A stretch of DNA of 64,000 nt from Trichoplax sp. H2 (lineage: Eukaryota), in assembly GCA_003344405.1 (NCBI GenBank), contig NOWV01000140.1:62001-126000 (forward strand), read 5' to 3'. The position numbers and the translations under genes are program-made. Positions 27,295 to 41,771 of this stretch are shown piece by piece (position 1 is the stretch's first letter; every line of letters begins with the position of its first letter). A model generated the notes under the pieces. That model saw nothing but the letters and a program-made list of their open reading frames with translations, did not search any database and was not told the origin of the DNA.

Positions 27295-28315
27295 TGTAAT
27301 GATATCTTAGGCCATTTAAAATCATTTTAATTTCCATTCTATTACTTTGGTATACCGCTTCTTAAAGTTAATTAGTAAATTGCAGGTAAAAGAATAAAAA
27401 CCAAGATTATTTATAGTTATGGTTATAGTATGCTTAAATTTAATCATCATAACTTACAATACAATTTTTAAGAGGAAAAATGAATAAAAACCATACAACT
27501 ATACAAAACATACATTATAGTAAGTAATTAGTTTAATAGCGTTACCAAGAATCAATTATTGAATCAGACATTTGTGGACTTACAAGAGATTGTCAGTAGT
27601 GAACAACTGTATAGAAATATTTGATGAATCAGTAGTAGCAAACTTAGCTGCCATTTAGAGAATTACACTAAGATTTGGTAGAATATAGATCTTTTATTAT
27701 AGGCTATAGTGCGGATACGATCTTGTCGTTACTGTAGAGTTTGTAAGCTGTCTGGAAGTGACTTGAGATAATTCTAGCACTTTCTCTCGATCACAAATGG
27801 TACCGAAAATATAACGATCATTACTAACGTTTTAATTTGTTATTCATGTTATTTTTCAAAGATCTGTTTCGTATTTTAGAGAGTAACAGAAGACAATGAT
27901 ATCTAATTTGATATATAGATAGTGTTTACATTTCTTTTGTTGTCAATAAAGATAGTATGATATTTCTAAAAATTAACCTTTAACCTAAATTATAATGGTG
28001 GTACGTCAGATGAAGACAATCATAACGACTGTCAGAAGTATACACTACGCTATTTTATGCTCTACTTTTTAAAGAAAAGCATATGAATATCCATTATCGT
28101 GATAATATTTTAGGCCATTTAAAGACCACAGTAATCGCCAATAAATTGCCTTACCCTCTCATATAATATTAATCAGTGAATACTTAGTATAAAAGCTACA
28201 AATTAGGGCTACTTACGCAACTTTATAGTTAAAGTATGTTTAGTTTTAATCATCAAGGTTTACAATCATTTTTCAGAGGAAAAGTGAATAAAACCCGTAC
28301 AACTATAAGTAACTA
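27295..28315. repeat. Diverged ~220-bp local duplication (27295-27520 and 28095-28315)
   Basis: Colinear shared blocks taggccatttaaa, tttaatcatca and agaggaaaa.tgaataaaa.cc.tacaactata. Confidence 0.6.
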
Positions 28316-29167
28316 ATAATAGCTAGCTATTAATAAGCATACGTGTATTAGCCGAGATCGGATTTTAGCCGTGTCATATGCAGTATACGTGTATGCTACA
28401 CAAAAAATTACATGAAACTGTGGGTTTTAATATTTTACATAGTAACATATTTCGTAGTCACTATAATTCAACATACTACCAATCCAACAAATATATCCTT
28501 TAAAGAGTGTTTGTTACGTTTGTATAACTTCTACATTACGATAATTATAAGATATCACTGGTATGAGTACTTGTTGTTCTAGGACATGTTGTACGCATTG
28601 ATGCTATATTGCATAAACATAAGGAGAGTATGTGTATAGAATAGGATTAGCGTATAAATAAGTTGCAGAGTTAAGAATATAGTTCGTTACGAATTATGGG
28701 TAACGAGTACTCTTTGATATCTACGCCTTGAACCAGCATATGCGAAAAGACTGGTAGAACTTTTACCAAGTCGCAACAGTGTCTATAAATATTAGGGTTA
28801 AATTATGCTAAATAAGAAAAGAGAATTTTAAGTTTGCAATTTTAGTAAATACTTGAAGCATTGCTGATACTACTCTGTTATCATTGCCCTAGACACAATT
28901 ACTTTATATACTTTTTTAGGAATTATCAAAGTACTTTATTTTAATATCGAATATAGATAGCCATCATTGACGGCATTTAAGTATACGTAGACATACACCA
29001 CCGGTATTATTGTTCATGAAGTTTCTTACTGAGTATTTCGATTATTTCATTATGAAATGCTAAAACTCTATCATATCAATTTATGTTTATCAGCTATAGC
29101 AAAGAGCTGAGAAGGGTTGATAATTATTTCCTAATCGTTCCTCGATGAATTATATGATCGATCGTTA

Positions 29168-30611
29168 TTAGTCCATGACCAATCTTATATCACTTTCAGG
29201 TGGTGTAAAACCCATCACACGATCTACCAATCGAACTTTTCCATCAGCATCGAAGGCTACCAATTTGATAGTTTTGTCACTGCTACTTTCGTTGCTATTA
29301 CTTTCCTTACTAGCGGCTATCAATTGGACTATAGTCGATCGTGCGTCTTTATTTTTACAAGTATTGTACGATCGGTAAAATAACCAGACAATCTTATCTG
29401 ACTCTTTCTTATTCCATTCTTTAAATATTTTCGTGATTTCCGATATATCTCTGTCTATTTTCTATAGCATGTAAGAATTATTTTAAATCAGAAAATAACA
29501 GTAGGTAATGATGGAAATACTTTACTGCGGTACTTATTCGTAGATTATTATTATCATGGCTAAATAATACTAAAGTCAAACAACTATGAAATACTTTAAA
29601 TGCATTTCATTTTTTTATGATACTATTCTATTAAACTTTACCGAACCCTGTTACATTCAATCTGTGATAGAAAAATTTATTAAGATTAGCTGATGTCTTA
29701 TTATAAATGAAAAAACCACGAAAGGATCTGATTCTAAATATCAAATTAATCATATTACTTTTTCTAAATAACTTCGAAAATTTTATTACGGTATACAATC
29801 GTAAGGTTATACAGAAAACTAAAACTCAGTCATTTTTTAGACATACACCTCGTACTGTGTTTTAAGTTGATTCATAAAATACAGTAAATATAGCTAGCAA
29901 TCAACATTGTAAGCATAAGTGAACTGCTTAAGTATGTATATTGCACCATTGTGCAGGATTGCCTAACAGAGGTATTTCCATCACAGACTTACCACAAAGA
30001 TCGGATCATAACTACTCGTATTTTCTTTGATTTTAATCAAGCATAGCAGATATTCAGGATCAGATTCAAGGATGATACGTGAATTAGCAATATTGACTTG
30101 TTGAAATACGAATTCAGCTATAGTAAATTGATTATCAATGAAAATATATTTTTAAATTGGTTTTAAAGTTTACAATAAAAATAATTTGACCAATTAAATG
30201 GAATAATTGATCGATCTAAGAAGAGACATTTACCATGGTCGGGATTTTCATCAACCTCATCTAATCCGTCAGCAAAAGAAGCAGAACAGGCAGTAAGAGG
30301 ATTGAGATCATACAATTCATCACTTCGTTCGAAGTAATGTCCATCTACTTCAAAGTATGCTTCTTTCGGGACAGTGACCAATTCTAGAGTAGAATATCAA
30401 ATTGAGTTTGTTAGTGTCAAATTAGATGTTCTATTTCTGTTCCACGATTGTTTTTAATAGTAGCCAATTAATTCTACGTAAATAAATGCTGACAACTTTA
30501 AACCATTAACAAATCAATTATTTACTCGTGTCGCCATAAATCACATATTAATACTTTTTGTGGACTGAAAAATTAGCAAATAACCAAATCACCTGTAGAA
30601 GTAGCTTCCAT
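29168..30611 (-). CDS. Family paralog P7: putative IL-1-like beta-trefoil protein, 195 aa
   Basis: Coding exons 30593-30611, 30234-30383 (150 bp), 29993-30117 (125 bp), 29168-29461 (294 bp). MEATSTE LVTVPKEAYFEVDGHYFERSDELYDLNPLTACSASFADGLDEVDENPDHA EFVFQQVNIANSRIILESDPEYLLCLIKIKENTSSYDPIFV KIDRDISEITKIFKEWNKKESDKIVWLFYRSYNTCKNKDARSTIVQLIAASKESNSNESSSDKTIKLVAFDADGKVRLVDRVMGFTPPESDIRLVMD*. An in-frame TGA upstream of the ATG supports the start. Confidence 0.88.
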
Positions 30612-32487
30612 CTTGTTCAAGTATGCGAAGATTGTAAATTGATATCAAATGAAATAGAACTCATCAATCGAAAAGGACAAACCAGTTGAGAAAATTTTCT
30701 ATGTGATCCGCTATTTATATTCTTTACGAATTTGGTAAAGTTAGGGAGCTAAGTTCAGCTATTTATACTGTCGCAATCGAGTAAATTATGTACTGTACAT
30801 GACTCAATAAGGCAATATAAATAGGATAGTCGACAATCATCAAATAGCTTCTGTAAACTGCATTGTATTTTCAGAGACTAATTAATCCATTACCTAAATG
30901 TCTGTTATTAAATATTCACTTGATAAAACCTCGTGATAAGCTCACGATCTCCACTTTTAATAATACTCAGAAATTAATTAATTAGGTACATGATTCTTCC
31001 ATTGAAACTCTTATTTGCTGTTGAATTTGATTGATGACTTAAAATAATATTATTGTTCTTTCAAATTAAAGGGCCTTGCTTGAAAATTAAACGATATGAT
31101 AATAAATCACGGTGAAACCAATAAATATTGATCCATTTCTACAACCTTATAGGTTTCCAGGTAACAATTATTCAATTATTTTTATTGTTAATTACATTCA
31201 TTCAAGCTTATTCATAACGCTCCTTAATTGAATACCTCTTACTCTATCATTACCTGACAACAGATCAGCTAGAACATATATGGATTAGTTTTAATTAAAC
31301 TTCTATAAATTTATCATAAAAAGTATGACAAACTAAGCAAAATCAACTAACTTCTATCAAGATCGCACCAGTACCTGCAGATAGAGCTACGAAGGATAAA
31401 TTTATAAATGCTGCATGACATAGGTTGAAAACTAATTAAGTTCTTTAAATGTTTGCAAAATTAGGTCAATTACTAGAATCGGCTGCAGAAAAGCTAGAAT
31501 AAGCATAACCTGTTTGTAAAATAAACGAAAGAATAGCAACGAAAACCATGTCCGCAAGTTATTAAAGTAATCAAATATGACTGAAGGTTAAGAAGATAAA
31601 ATCGCTATTAAAGTAGCTTAGTTACACCAAACGATAATTATATTGAGGTCATTGAAAGTTTCTTAATTTAAATTAAAATAAATATGAAGAAATTATTATT
31701 AAACAACATCAATTCGGCCACGCTTTATTGTATTCATGAATGCTTTTGGAGAAGGAATAGTTAGAGAAATCTTTATTAAAGTAACCAAGTGATAATCAAT
31801 TCTATGCATCTATTTTATCGTTATCCTGTCCTGTAGACTAGAGCTATGCTTATACAATAAATTACTATGCGCACATAAGTAATTACTGTATATCACACTA
31901 TCATTGGTGATAGTTTTTAACATTTAATCAAGCTGAACTAATCGGGAAGTATTAACCGTTAGGTATTGAGCAATAATAGAAACTGAAAGCTACACCGGCA
32001 CATTTTCATAAAATAATCAAGTAGTTTCAGCTATCATGAACAAAGACAATCTTTAGAGTAACTATCATTAAAGTAATAAATTTGGGCGTATTTCATTGTT
32101 AACAAAACTTCTAATTTAAAGGTAATTTAAAAGAATCAATAAGTAATTGAATCAAATGCAATGGAAGCTACATATTCGCTATAACTGATAATGCCTATAA
32201 ATTATGTTAGTTAACATGTACATTAGGTGTTGTAATAACATCATTTACCACTATTCTGTCCATTCTAAATCATATTCTCACAAAGTAATCATCTTAGGCA
32301 GATCAAATTTGAAAATAGTTTTATTACAGAGTTAAAAATGAGTAGAGCAATCATTAATTAGTACAAGAATTTGATGTACACTTAAGAGTATCTTGCGTTA
32401 AAAAACTGGCATAAGATTTATGTGACTTACTATACTGTGAAGATACCCAACATCTACTGTATTTGTTACGGTAAAAGTGAGCATTAG

Positions 32488-32695
32488 GCGAATGCGCGCC
32501 TTCGACGTAAGGTGCGCGCATTCTCCATAATCATGGTAAATGCGCGCTTTAGCTGGAAATGTGCACTTTCTCCAACATATTGGTTAATGCGCGCTTTCTG
32601 CAGATAAAGCGCGCATTACATGAAATAATGCGCACTTTCACCTATTATTCTGGTAAAAGCGTGCATTACCCGAAATATTTGCGCACTTTCACTTA
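32488..32695. repeat. GC-rich array of alternating aatgcgcgc / gcgcgcatt inverted motifs
   Basis: About 9 variants of (a)atgcgcgc, gcgcgcatt and gcgcactttc spaced ~20-25 bp apart, e.g. the hairpin gaatgcgcgcctt-cgacgt-aaggtgcgcgcattc. Confidence 0.8.
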
Positions 32696-33857
32696 TATAC
32701 TATTCGAAATTAATAGAAGAGTCTTGATATTTTACGCAACTGATTCGTACTGTAAAACATATTGATGAACTGTTTGAGGAAAGTTCTACAGTTTGATGAC
32801 TCAAGCATGATAGTAGGCAGCGAAATTGCCGTAATTAGATTACTGCAGAAATGAGCTTTGACTACAATAACCTTCAAATAGGCAATATCGAATCTAGGTA
32901 CAGCATAGCACAGACAAGCCTAACTATAGTTTGCAATACAAAATAATATATTACGCGGACTGCATAATGCGAAAGAGGACTAATAATTATATATAAGCTG
33001 ACTCATAATGGGTAAGTCAAAAGTCGCCTTACTCAAAATTAGGAACAGAAAGTGTAAGGTAATTGTCCCCAAAAATCTAGCAGATTGATCACAATTGATG
33101 GCAACAGGTTTCTTAAATCAAAAGCAAAATCTTGAGATAAACAGCCACAGAAGCTGGGCCAACAATTTATTGATAATACAACTAAATCACACTGAAAGCT
33201 AGAGCAGTTATAGTCACCTAATCAGTAAATGATAGAATTGCTACGTTATTCGTAAGCAGTCTTAGTCTTAATGTTAAGTTTTATGGATAGTCAAATAGTT
33301 AATAACAAAGCCCTACTTCATCGTCAATAAGATCTGCACTTCGAACATAGAAAATATGCAAGAAAAATTATCTCTAAGGAAGTATAATAACACTAAATAA
33401 AACGCACAATGGTGCATTTCAGCATTAATTTTGCTCTTGGAATTGACAGATGAATGATAAATAATTATCAGTGTAAAAATGACCAATAGTTCATTTAAGT
33501 CCTATAAACTCTCGCTACATAAACTATAATTATCAAGCAAATTTAACATCAATACGATTGATCTCGTTAAGTGGAAATCAAAGAATGTTACATTCATGTA
33601 CATAACACTAAAGTAGATTTCAAAGCTGGTCCATTACTAATCAGAACGATCGAAATCTTGCGTATCAATAATTATTTTTTGAATAATTTATTCAAAATTA
33701 TACGACCAGAGTATTACTAATTTAGGGTATTTTATGAAGTAAAGATAATTAAGATGCTCTAATTAGATCCAAAATTGTATATATCTACAACCAAAGTGCG
33801 ATCTTTAACAGTTTTAATAACTGTTTGTCACGATATCATAATCAAGACGTAAATATA

Positions 33858-34015
33858 GGATGTTTTGCGTCAAGATATTGTGATAATCGGTATTTAATAT
33901 TAAAGTTCAGCGATAATGGATGCCGTGGGTTAAGATATTGTGATAATTTATTGATACTTAACTTTAAATTTTAGTGATAATGGATATTTTGTGTTAAGAA
34001 ATTGTGATAATTGAT
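33858..34015. repeat. Degenerate tandem repeat, ~60-bp unit x3
   Basis: ggat....gtg/gcgt.aaga(t)attgtgataat recurs at ~33858, 33918 and 33981. Confidence 0.65.
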
Positions 34016-35780
34016 GTTGTAGATATGTTCTTGTAGTTTATTTGTAAATTTTAGAAAGCATACAAATATATAGTAGATAGGCAAAAGAGAGAGAAGAATA
34101 AATTAATTCTTTCTACTTATCTTCTATACTGGGTTCTTGTAGACTTTGCTTCGGAATACGAATAGGGAATAACTACTAAGTATAGTGAAGTTACTTGAGT
34201 AGAAGCGCCTAACGTACAATTATTGATAGTGTATATAGTAGTTATATTATATTAGCAGTAGAGCCGGGAAAGTTTACATAGAGAAAGAATTTTTAAGTTT
34301 CAATTGTGTTTGTAACAACTTTAAATACTGTGAGCTAGGTAGAGAGTTTATTTATACCTTTTGACTATAGCAGAGTAGTATGGAGTTGTTAGCTAATAGG
34401 CGTTTCATCACTGTAACCGTTTCCATCATGTGAAAGCAATCTTTATGGGTGCTTCAAAAAAGACTTGAAATTTAATTTTAAGCGCCAGAATCAAAGACCT
34501 TGCAAGAAATAATAAATACTTAGTGTTTTATTTGCTCACGCAAATTATCTGTAGATGAACTAGCAATAAAGAATTGACAAATAAGAACCATTGAAACAGT
34601 TGCATTTATTGCATTTTTAGATTGCGTAGACAAGCTTACTTTACAAAATGGCTAATAACTTTTTAGAAAAAATACGAAGTAATTTTACATAATGTCGTGT
34701 TTGGAAATATCCACACACTTTGTTTAACCGTGCAATAATATAGAAGGAAGAATAAATTCCTAATTTAATATTCTGTCTCTACTGGATTCGTCTTAGGATA
34801 TCACACTAATCTTCCTGGTTACGAATAGACGATTTTTGAAAAGTTAAGAATGTAATCACAGGTACAATCAGGCATTCGCGGACTTTAGATGATAATCAAT
34901 AATTCAAAGCTGAGTATTATTTAAAATAAGCCGAACAGTATTAGTTTATAATTTGACCGATCCATCTTATTAATTCTTAACCATAATTATCTAGTTCTGT
35001 ATTATAAGGTAGAATGATTGTCCATACACAGCACGACTTCGAACTATTCCATTTCAAAACTAATTGCTATGGCTTTCTTCTAGTTATTAAATGACTACTA
35101 GCAGCAGCTGTCAGTAGAAACAGTTGCTAAATTAGCAATCAAGAATAAATTTTATTCATTTTTTAAAAGATTATTGATCATATTTGTAATAATTGCAACA
35201 AACATTCTATTAAATGTCTCCAAAGTTTACAAACCGCATATACGCGTATATCACATAAATAAAAACAATTTTGACTTTAAATGATTGCAAGTAACAGTTT
35301 CCGTAGTCACTGTATATAAAATTACTTTTATTTTATGAGCTATATATTCTAAAGAACATAAATACATATTAGGTTAAATTAAGCTTGATAATAAATTGAA
35401 TTTTGTCTCTCAAGAATATATATAGATAATAATTTGAAATTATGCTTGTAAAATTCAAATTGTGATTTAGATAATATTATGGACATTACTGATACCACAT
35501 TACTGTCGCTTTCCAAGACATAATTATCTTTATGCTTCATTAAGAATTAACATCATACTTTAACTTAATATCTAAGAAATAAACCATCGTTCGAGGTATT
35601 CTATCACACAGATATCCGCTTTCGCTATTAACAACGGTGCTTGAAGAGCAATTTGATTACTACGTTATTGAAATACTAAATCTTAATTATTATAGTTTAC
35701 GTTTGTTAGCTATAGCAAGTAGCTGAGAAGAAATAAATAAATTTTCTCTTGATTGTTCTTCAATGGAATATCGACTATGA

Positions 35781-36833
35781 TTATCGTACGACTAATATTA
35801 GGTCACTTTCAGCCGGCATAAAATCTATAATACGATTTACCAATCGAACTTTCCCATCAGTATCAAAGGATACTAATTTAGTTCTATTTTGTCCAATAGT
35901 TAAGTGGACTATCGTCGATCGTGAATCCAGATCATAGTATTGTAGATTGAATAACCAGATAATAGTCTCCGGATCTTTCTTATTCCATTTTTTAAATATT
36001 TTTGTAATATTCTCAATATCTCTATCTATTTCCTATAACATTCACGAATCAATGCAAATCAGAAAATGACAATAGATAGTAGCAGAAGTACTTTGCTGCT
36101 TGTACTGTATTTTAACTTCATCAATAAAATGCTGTAAACACAAGTATAGCTAGAAATGAATATTGTAGGCAAGTAGAACTTCCTACGTATACTTATTATT
36201 CAGTATTTTCATCACAAACTTACCACAAAGATTGCATCATATTTACTCTCTTCAATTTTTTTTAGGCATAGCAGAAGTTTAGGTTCAGATTGTAGAATGA
36301 TGCGTGAGTAAGTATTATCCACTAATTTAAATTCGAATTCAGCTATAATTAATTGATAATAAATGAAAGCACATATTTTAAATTGATTGTACAGTTTATA
36401 ATGATAAAATTTGAGGAATTAAATTGAATAATCGATCGATGTAAGAATCGATATTTTACCAGGAGAGGAAAGACTATTAACTTCCTCCAGTCCGTTAACA
36501 CGAGTAGAATAATATGCCTTTAAGCACCCCAGATTATATGGTTTATTGCTCCTTATTAAGTAACTGGAATTATGTCCTGTTTCAATTAGCATTTTTTTAC
36601 AAGAGCCTATTGAATCTAGAATAGGATACCAAACAGAGTTTATTAGTATCGGATTAGCGCTGTCCTATTCTCATTTCAATACGGAGACATTTAAATCTAC
36701 ACAAATACCGGTAATGTTGAGCATTACCAAACAAGAATGCACTTTTACAGCTATATATTATATAACAGGTTGATACATTTTTGTAAATTAGAAATTAGCC
36801 ATTAAACAGTTTACCAGCAGAGATAAGCTTCAT
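35781..36833 (-). CDS. Family paralog P8: putative IL-1-like beta-trefoil protein, 181 aa (sister of P7)
   Basis: Coding exons 36815-36833, 36460-36615 (156 bp), 36224-36342 (119 bp), 35781-36032 (252 bp). MKLISAD SIGSCKKMLIETGHNSSYLIRSNKPYNLGCLKAYYSTRVNGLEEVNSLSSPA EFEFKLVDNTYSRIILQSEPKLLLCLKKIEESKYDAIFV EIDRDIENITKIFKKWNKKDPETIIWLFNLQYYDLDSRSTIVHLTIGQNRTKLVSFDTDGKVRLVNRIIDFMPAESDLILVVR*. Confidence 0.88.
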
Positions 36834-37908
36834 CTTGTTCAAGTATAAGTAGAGAATAAATTGAAATCAAATGAAATAACGCTCGGCAATCGAAATGGAC
36901 AAGATAGGCCAGAAAATTGTATGTATGATCCACTATTTGTATCCTCGATTAAATTTGATGAAGTTAGACTGCTAAGATTCGCTATTTATACAGTCGGAGA
37001 TTTCCCAATTCACGCATTTTACTTACTGTCAATCTAGTGCATGACCTAATAAGGTAAAATTAGTATCAATAAGCTTACTTATTGTTATATTTTTAGAAAC
37101 TTGTTCTTCAACCAATTAAATGTTTAATCCTTTCAAAATTCACATGATAAAGATATGGCAGATACGTATGTGGTTTACTTGATTTAAAGCTACTATATTC
37201 CCTTATAATCGCCGCTTACAATGATCTACAATAGAAAAAAACCTCATGATAAGCTTAAGATCTTTACTCTTAATAATTCTCAGAAATCAATAAAGCAGGC
37301 ACATGACACTTCCATTTAAACTATTTTTAATTTTCAAACTGATTGGTAGCTTCAAATTATTGTTCCATTAAACTAAAAAGGTTAACTCGACAGTTAAATA
37401 ATAAGGTAAATTCACGGTGATCATCAATAAATATTGCTTCATTTCCACGATCTTATAGGTTAACATAGAATAAACATTAAATCTCTTTATCGTTTTATTG
37501 TATCAGCATAAGCTCTTTTGTGAATCCTTTTAATTAAAGAATTCTTACTCAATCTTTATCTTGCAGTTGATAAATTCGAGCATACACGCATGGAATCGTG
37601 ATATTTAATTTCTACGCATTTATCAAAGATAACGTAAATTTTCTTAAATGAGATAAAAGAAAGCGAGAATAAGCATGACCTGCATGTGAAATAGGATTAA
37701 TAATAGCTAACAAAGTCACATTTCATTAACGTAAATCAACTGTGACAGAAAGCAATTAAGATAAAATCGATATTAAAATAGCCTAATAAGAGCAAATGAT
37801 GCTTATACTAATGTAGTAAAGAAAGTTCCTAATTTAATTTAAATAAATTTAATGATATTATTATAAAATAATATGTATGTAATGAAATGAAATGTGTAGA
37901 GATCAAGC

Positions 37909-37928
37909 NNNNNNNNNNNNNNNNNNNN
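37909..37928. other. Assembly gap (20 N)
   Basis: Run of 20 n characters. Confidence 1.
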
Positions 37929-38316
37929 AGTATTCGCGAGTATTGACAGTTGATGTTTTAGCGTCAGATTGTACTGTAACTGTACGAGTATAGACTACCT
38001 TACAGTACTTTATCGTCATGTTATAAATCCCCTTTCTCTAAGGATAGGGTTTTGCTACTAAGTCAAATTTCTTTACAATTTGAATAGACGATCAAACGCC
38101 CTTTCTTTAGATTAGGCATTTGCTCTATAGGGCTACTTGTATAGTAATCTATATAATACCTTGTAAAATAATGAAGAAGAAAAGATGGCGACATGATGAT
38201 TTGGCAGGGTAAAACTTAAAGACGCTATCACTTTCTAGGTATTTTGTATAGTAAAATAATACTAATTACATACTAAAAACTACAAAGGACTCTACTTTTA
38301 GTCCTTTTACTACAAT
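37929..38316. mobile_element. Second copy (one arm) of the palindromic element, abutting the assembly gap
   Basis: agtattcgcgagtattgacagttgatg...gtccttttactacaat is near-identical to 48928-49308 and is the reverse complement of 48421-48806. Confidence 0.8.
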
Positions 38317-41300
38317 GTAATAAATGAGTCTCACAATAACTAGCTCAGTCAAATTGCATTTCGAATATGCTTTTACTACAAGGTATTAGAAATAGTAGAG
38401 CAATAATTAATTACTACAAGAATCTAGTCTAAAATCTAAAGTATTCCGAGCTCAAAGCAAAGCGACGTCTCTTTCCTCTGTGAGCTCATCTCTGCAGTTC
38501 TAATAAACATTTCGTTAAATCAGTTTATGACAACTTGATTTATCTACAATCAGATATGAGTTATCAAACAAAATATTTTTTTCTAATAGTACATCATTAC
38601 TTTCTACAATCTAAATCATTTTGCTTAAGATGTCACTACTCTTCTATTAACGTCTAGGCTCTTTCTTCGAAGGACATCTTAACAACTACAGTGTTTCTAG
38701 CTACATAAATCTTGTACCATAATTAGTCAACTGGTTAATATTAGGTCATCAACAATTTCTAATATAGTAATTAGCAGTCATCTAATATTTGCTTCACGGT
38801 AATATCTATTCAAGGCGACCTAACTATATCAAATATAACTATCCGTATAATCAACTACGGATGCATCACTACAATAACCAGACACACTTTATTGTAATTA
38901 CGTCTACAGTCATTACGTAAAAATGCCCTACTTGATAGACAGTATGAGCTATTAGCTCTTACTCTCCCTTTAAGGTATTGAAAATGACGGCTTATATACG
39001 TATGCTATTCACACTTGCTATGCAATATAATCATAAATTGTAGGACATTAGATTAATGAATATAAATATTACAATCTCCAATTAAAATTTAGATTGAGGA
39101 AGTGTAAAATGACACATTTTTTAGAATCCTGTAAATAATTAAAATCAGTCGCTATTATTATGTAACCAGCCACAACAGCAACTTTGCAATATGCAAAATT
39201 TAGGCAATATCTAATTAATGTAAACATACAATAAAAATTTATCTAACACTAAAATAATGTATAGTAATGCATCATATTAATGCATCGCAAGTTAACAAAT
39301 ATATCGCTACTTATGATTGAAAACTGTAAGAGTGTTTTATTATCTTGAGCAATTTAATTCGAAAGATAGCTATTAGGATTACTAGCTTATCGCATAACAA
39401 AGCGGTACTTTATCGAAAATGTGATTAATATACCGATGATAGAAAGTACGCAAAAGGAATCTTTATAAACAAAAAGGAAGCATAACCGTATTAAATTAAA
39501 TCCGCAAATGTGCTTTTTATTGTTTCCTAACTTCCATTGGAATCAATAAGAGATTGCAATAATCCTACAATCAAAAATTAAAAGTAGATTTCATGCTGAT
39601 CCATTGGCGATAAAAATAAGTTGAAATCTTATAATAATAATTCACTCAAAAATTACCAGATCAGTCTGCTATGAATTAAGGGTATCTTATTCAAAGTAAG
39701 ACAAGTTCGGTGTTGAAAATAAGATCTAATTTTAGATTTGTCTGCTATTTAAATTATATAATCATAATCACTGATAATTTTAATGCAATTTTTTATTTAA
39801 GTCCTCTAGAATGTAAATCTATTCGATTTTGACTATAATAAAGTAGTTTGGTGACTGGAGTATGCGTATGCTTGAGATTATTAATTAGGTTATAGATTCC
39901 ATTGATTATTATTTGGTATGTTCCCAATGTTATTGGTGATAAATTATCGGCCTTTATGCTATTTGTGAGAAGTTATAACTTTGATAGGTAGTTATAGAAC
40001 GGCATTAATAATCAATAAATTGTTTACTGTTTTAATTATGCAACAGTACAGAAATAGGAGTAAAGTCGTAATATAATATTTTACCTCTATTGAAGTCAAC
40101 TGAGGATGTTTCACTTATCTTATGGTTATAAAACAGATGGTTTTGAAAAAATAACAATATCTATGATATTTTTATTATGCTATATGCCGCAGAAGTTAGG
40201 CATATTTTGATTAAAAGATTGCTTCAGAAATAGGACTGAATAAGGTTTGACGTTAATCAGTAAAGAGTTTGAATAGTAAAATACTTGCGATAGCTATAAT
40301 AGTAGCTGTTTTCTACTTTTTTAGCTGTTCTCTTACTCTATATACTTATTTTATAAATATTCTAAAGGAATAAATACTGTTCATTATTTGCATCATAATT
40401 TAGTATTATTAGATGCGAGTATTGCAGCAGATAAATATCAATTAGTGAATCCGTAATAAATATTAAATTTCTTTCGCCAATTTATCAGACTCTATCACAG
40501 ATGCTAACATTGAATCATTAATATGAAGGCTTAATTTGAAATTAAGTTAAAGAAATAGCCAAGTATCATCTCAAAGCAGGCCATAAAATACTGTTTTTTG
40601 TGAGTTGGAATAAACAGTAGTGCTCTATTTGAACATCGAGCATATATAAGGAAGATATTCATAGACTAGAAATATTAGTTAGAACTTAGAAATAGATCTA
40701 CTTATTATATCGCTTTCTTATTTTAAACTAGCTTATTTAAACTTGAAAATTTTATAAACTGTAATGAAGCGGACTTTTATCTCTATTCAGTTTGTCTAGC
40801 TTTATTGTGAGATGTAGAAGTAGGATGGAATAAGATGCAGTCCATTTTATTACACTGCTACTATGGCAATCTTTTATTGTTGGAAAGGCGGTTGAAAGTA
40901 ATAGATCATGTCATACTATACTGTGGTATACTAGAAGATAGTGTTCCGTGCACATGATGAATAATGATGTAATATAACTGCTAACGAAAATTTGTAGCAT
41001 TCATCTGAGATTTTATTAGCTGAGAAGAATTATTTCTTAGGTATAGAGTTATAACAGAAATCGAAATTGTAGTGTTTACTTCTAAATATGGCTTAGTCAA
41101 TTCTTTATAAAAGGCTATTTCCACGACACTGTAGCATAAATACCGATACTTTAGTAATTTACTCTGTAGAAATTATTTTATACTCTAGTTATATCGTGTC
41201 GTAAAATTACCAAAATAGAAGTAAGCTATTCTCATTACTCAATCGCATTTATGAATAATTTTCACTTGCTATACTTTCATTATAAAAGGTATCTTGATGC

Positions 41301-41771
41301 ATCTCTCTCTTTAATTCGCTCTGTTTGTCATATGGTAAGCTTGCATGCGTTATCTTTTCTACTTTCGGATAGCTCTTAGACTCACTTATGGGCAGTTTGC
41401 AAAATGACCGACTTCGCATACGGTCACGTTCATATATACAATATAGCATTATGTGGCTTTTCTTCTCAAAACAACTGCAATAAAAACTACTTTTCACTTA
41501 TTTAAATCTATTGTAATTCCTCCAAGTATAATGTATACGTTATAATATCTTCACCAAATATCACACAGACTATACTGGCACTTTATTATTGTAACTAAGA
41601 CTGAAAGCTAGAAGAGTTATCAGTAGGACCATAAAGTAAATCGGCATTTATAGTCAACATGATTTTAGTTGGAAAATAGCCAAGAAAAATTATGCAGTAC
41701 TTTTGAAACTAAGAATAATTGCTGGTGAAACTTCATAATAACGTATCAATGATGTAATTAAGTAATATTCA

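Noticed and set aside
41249-41497. 82-aa minus-strand ORF with plausible splice signals
   Set aside because: It has no family motifs and no partner exons were found, so it cannot be supported as a gene.
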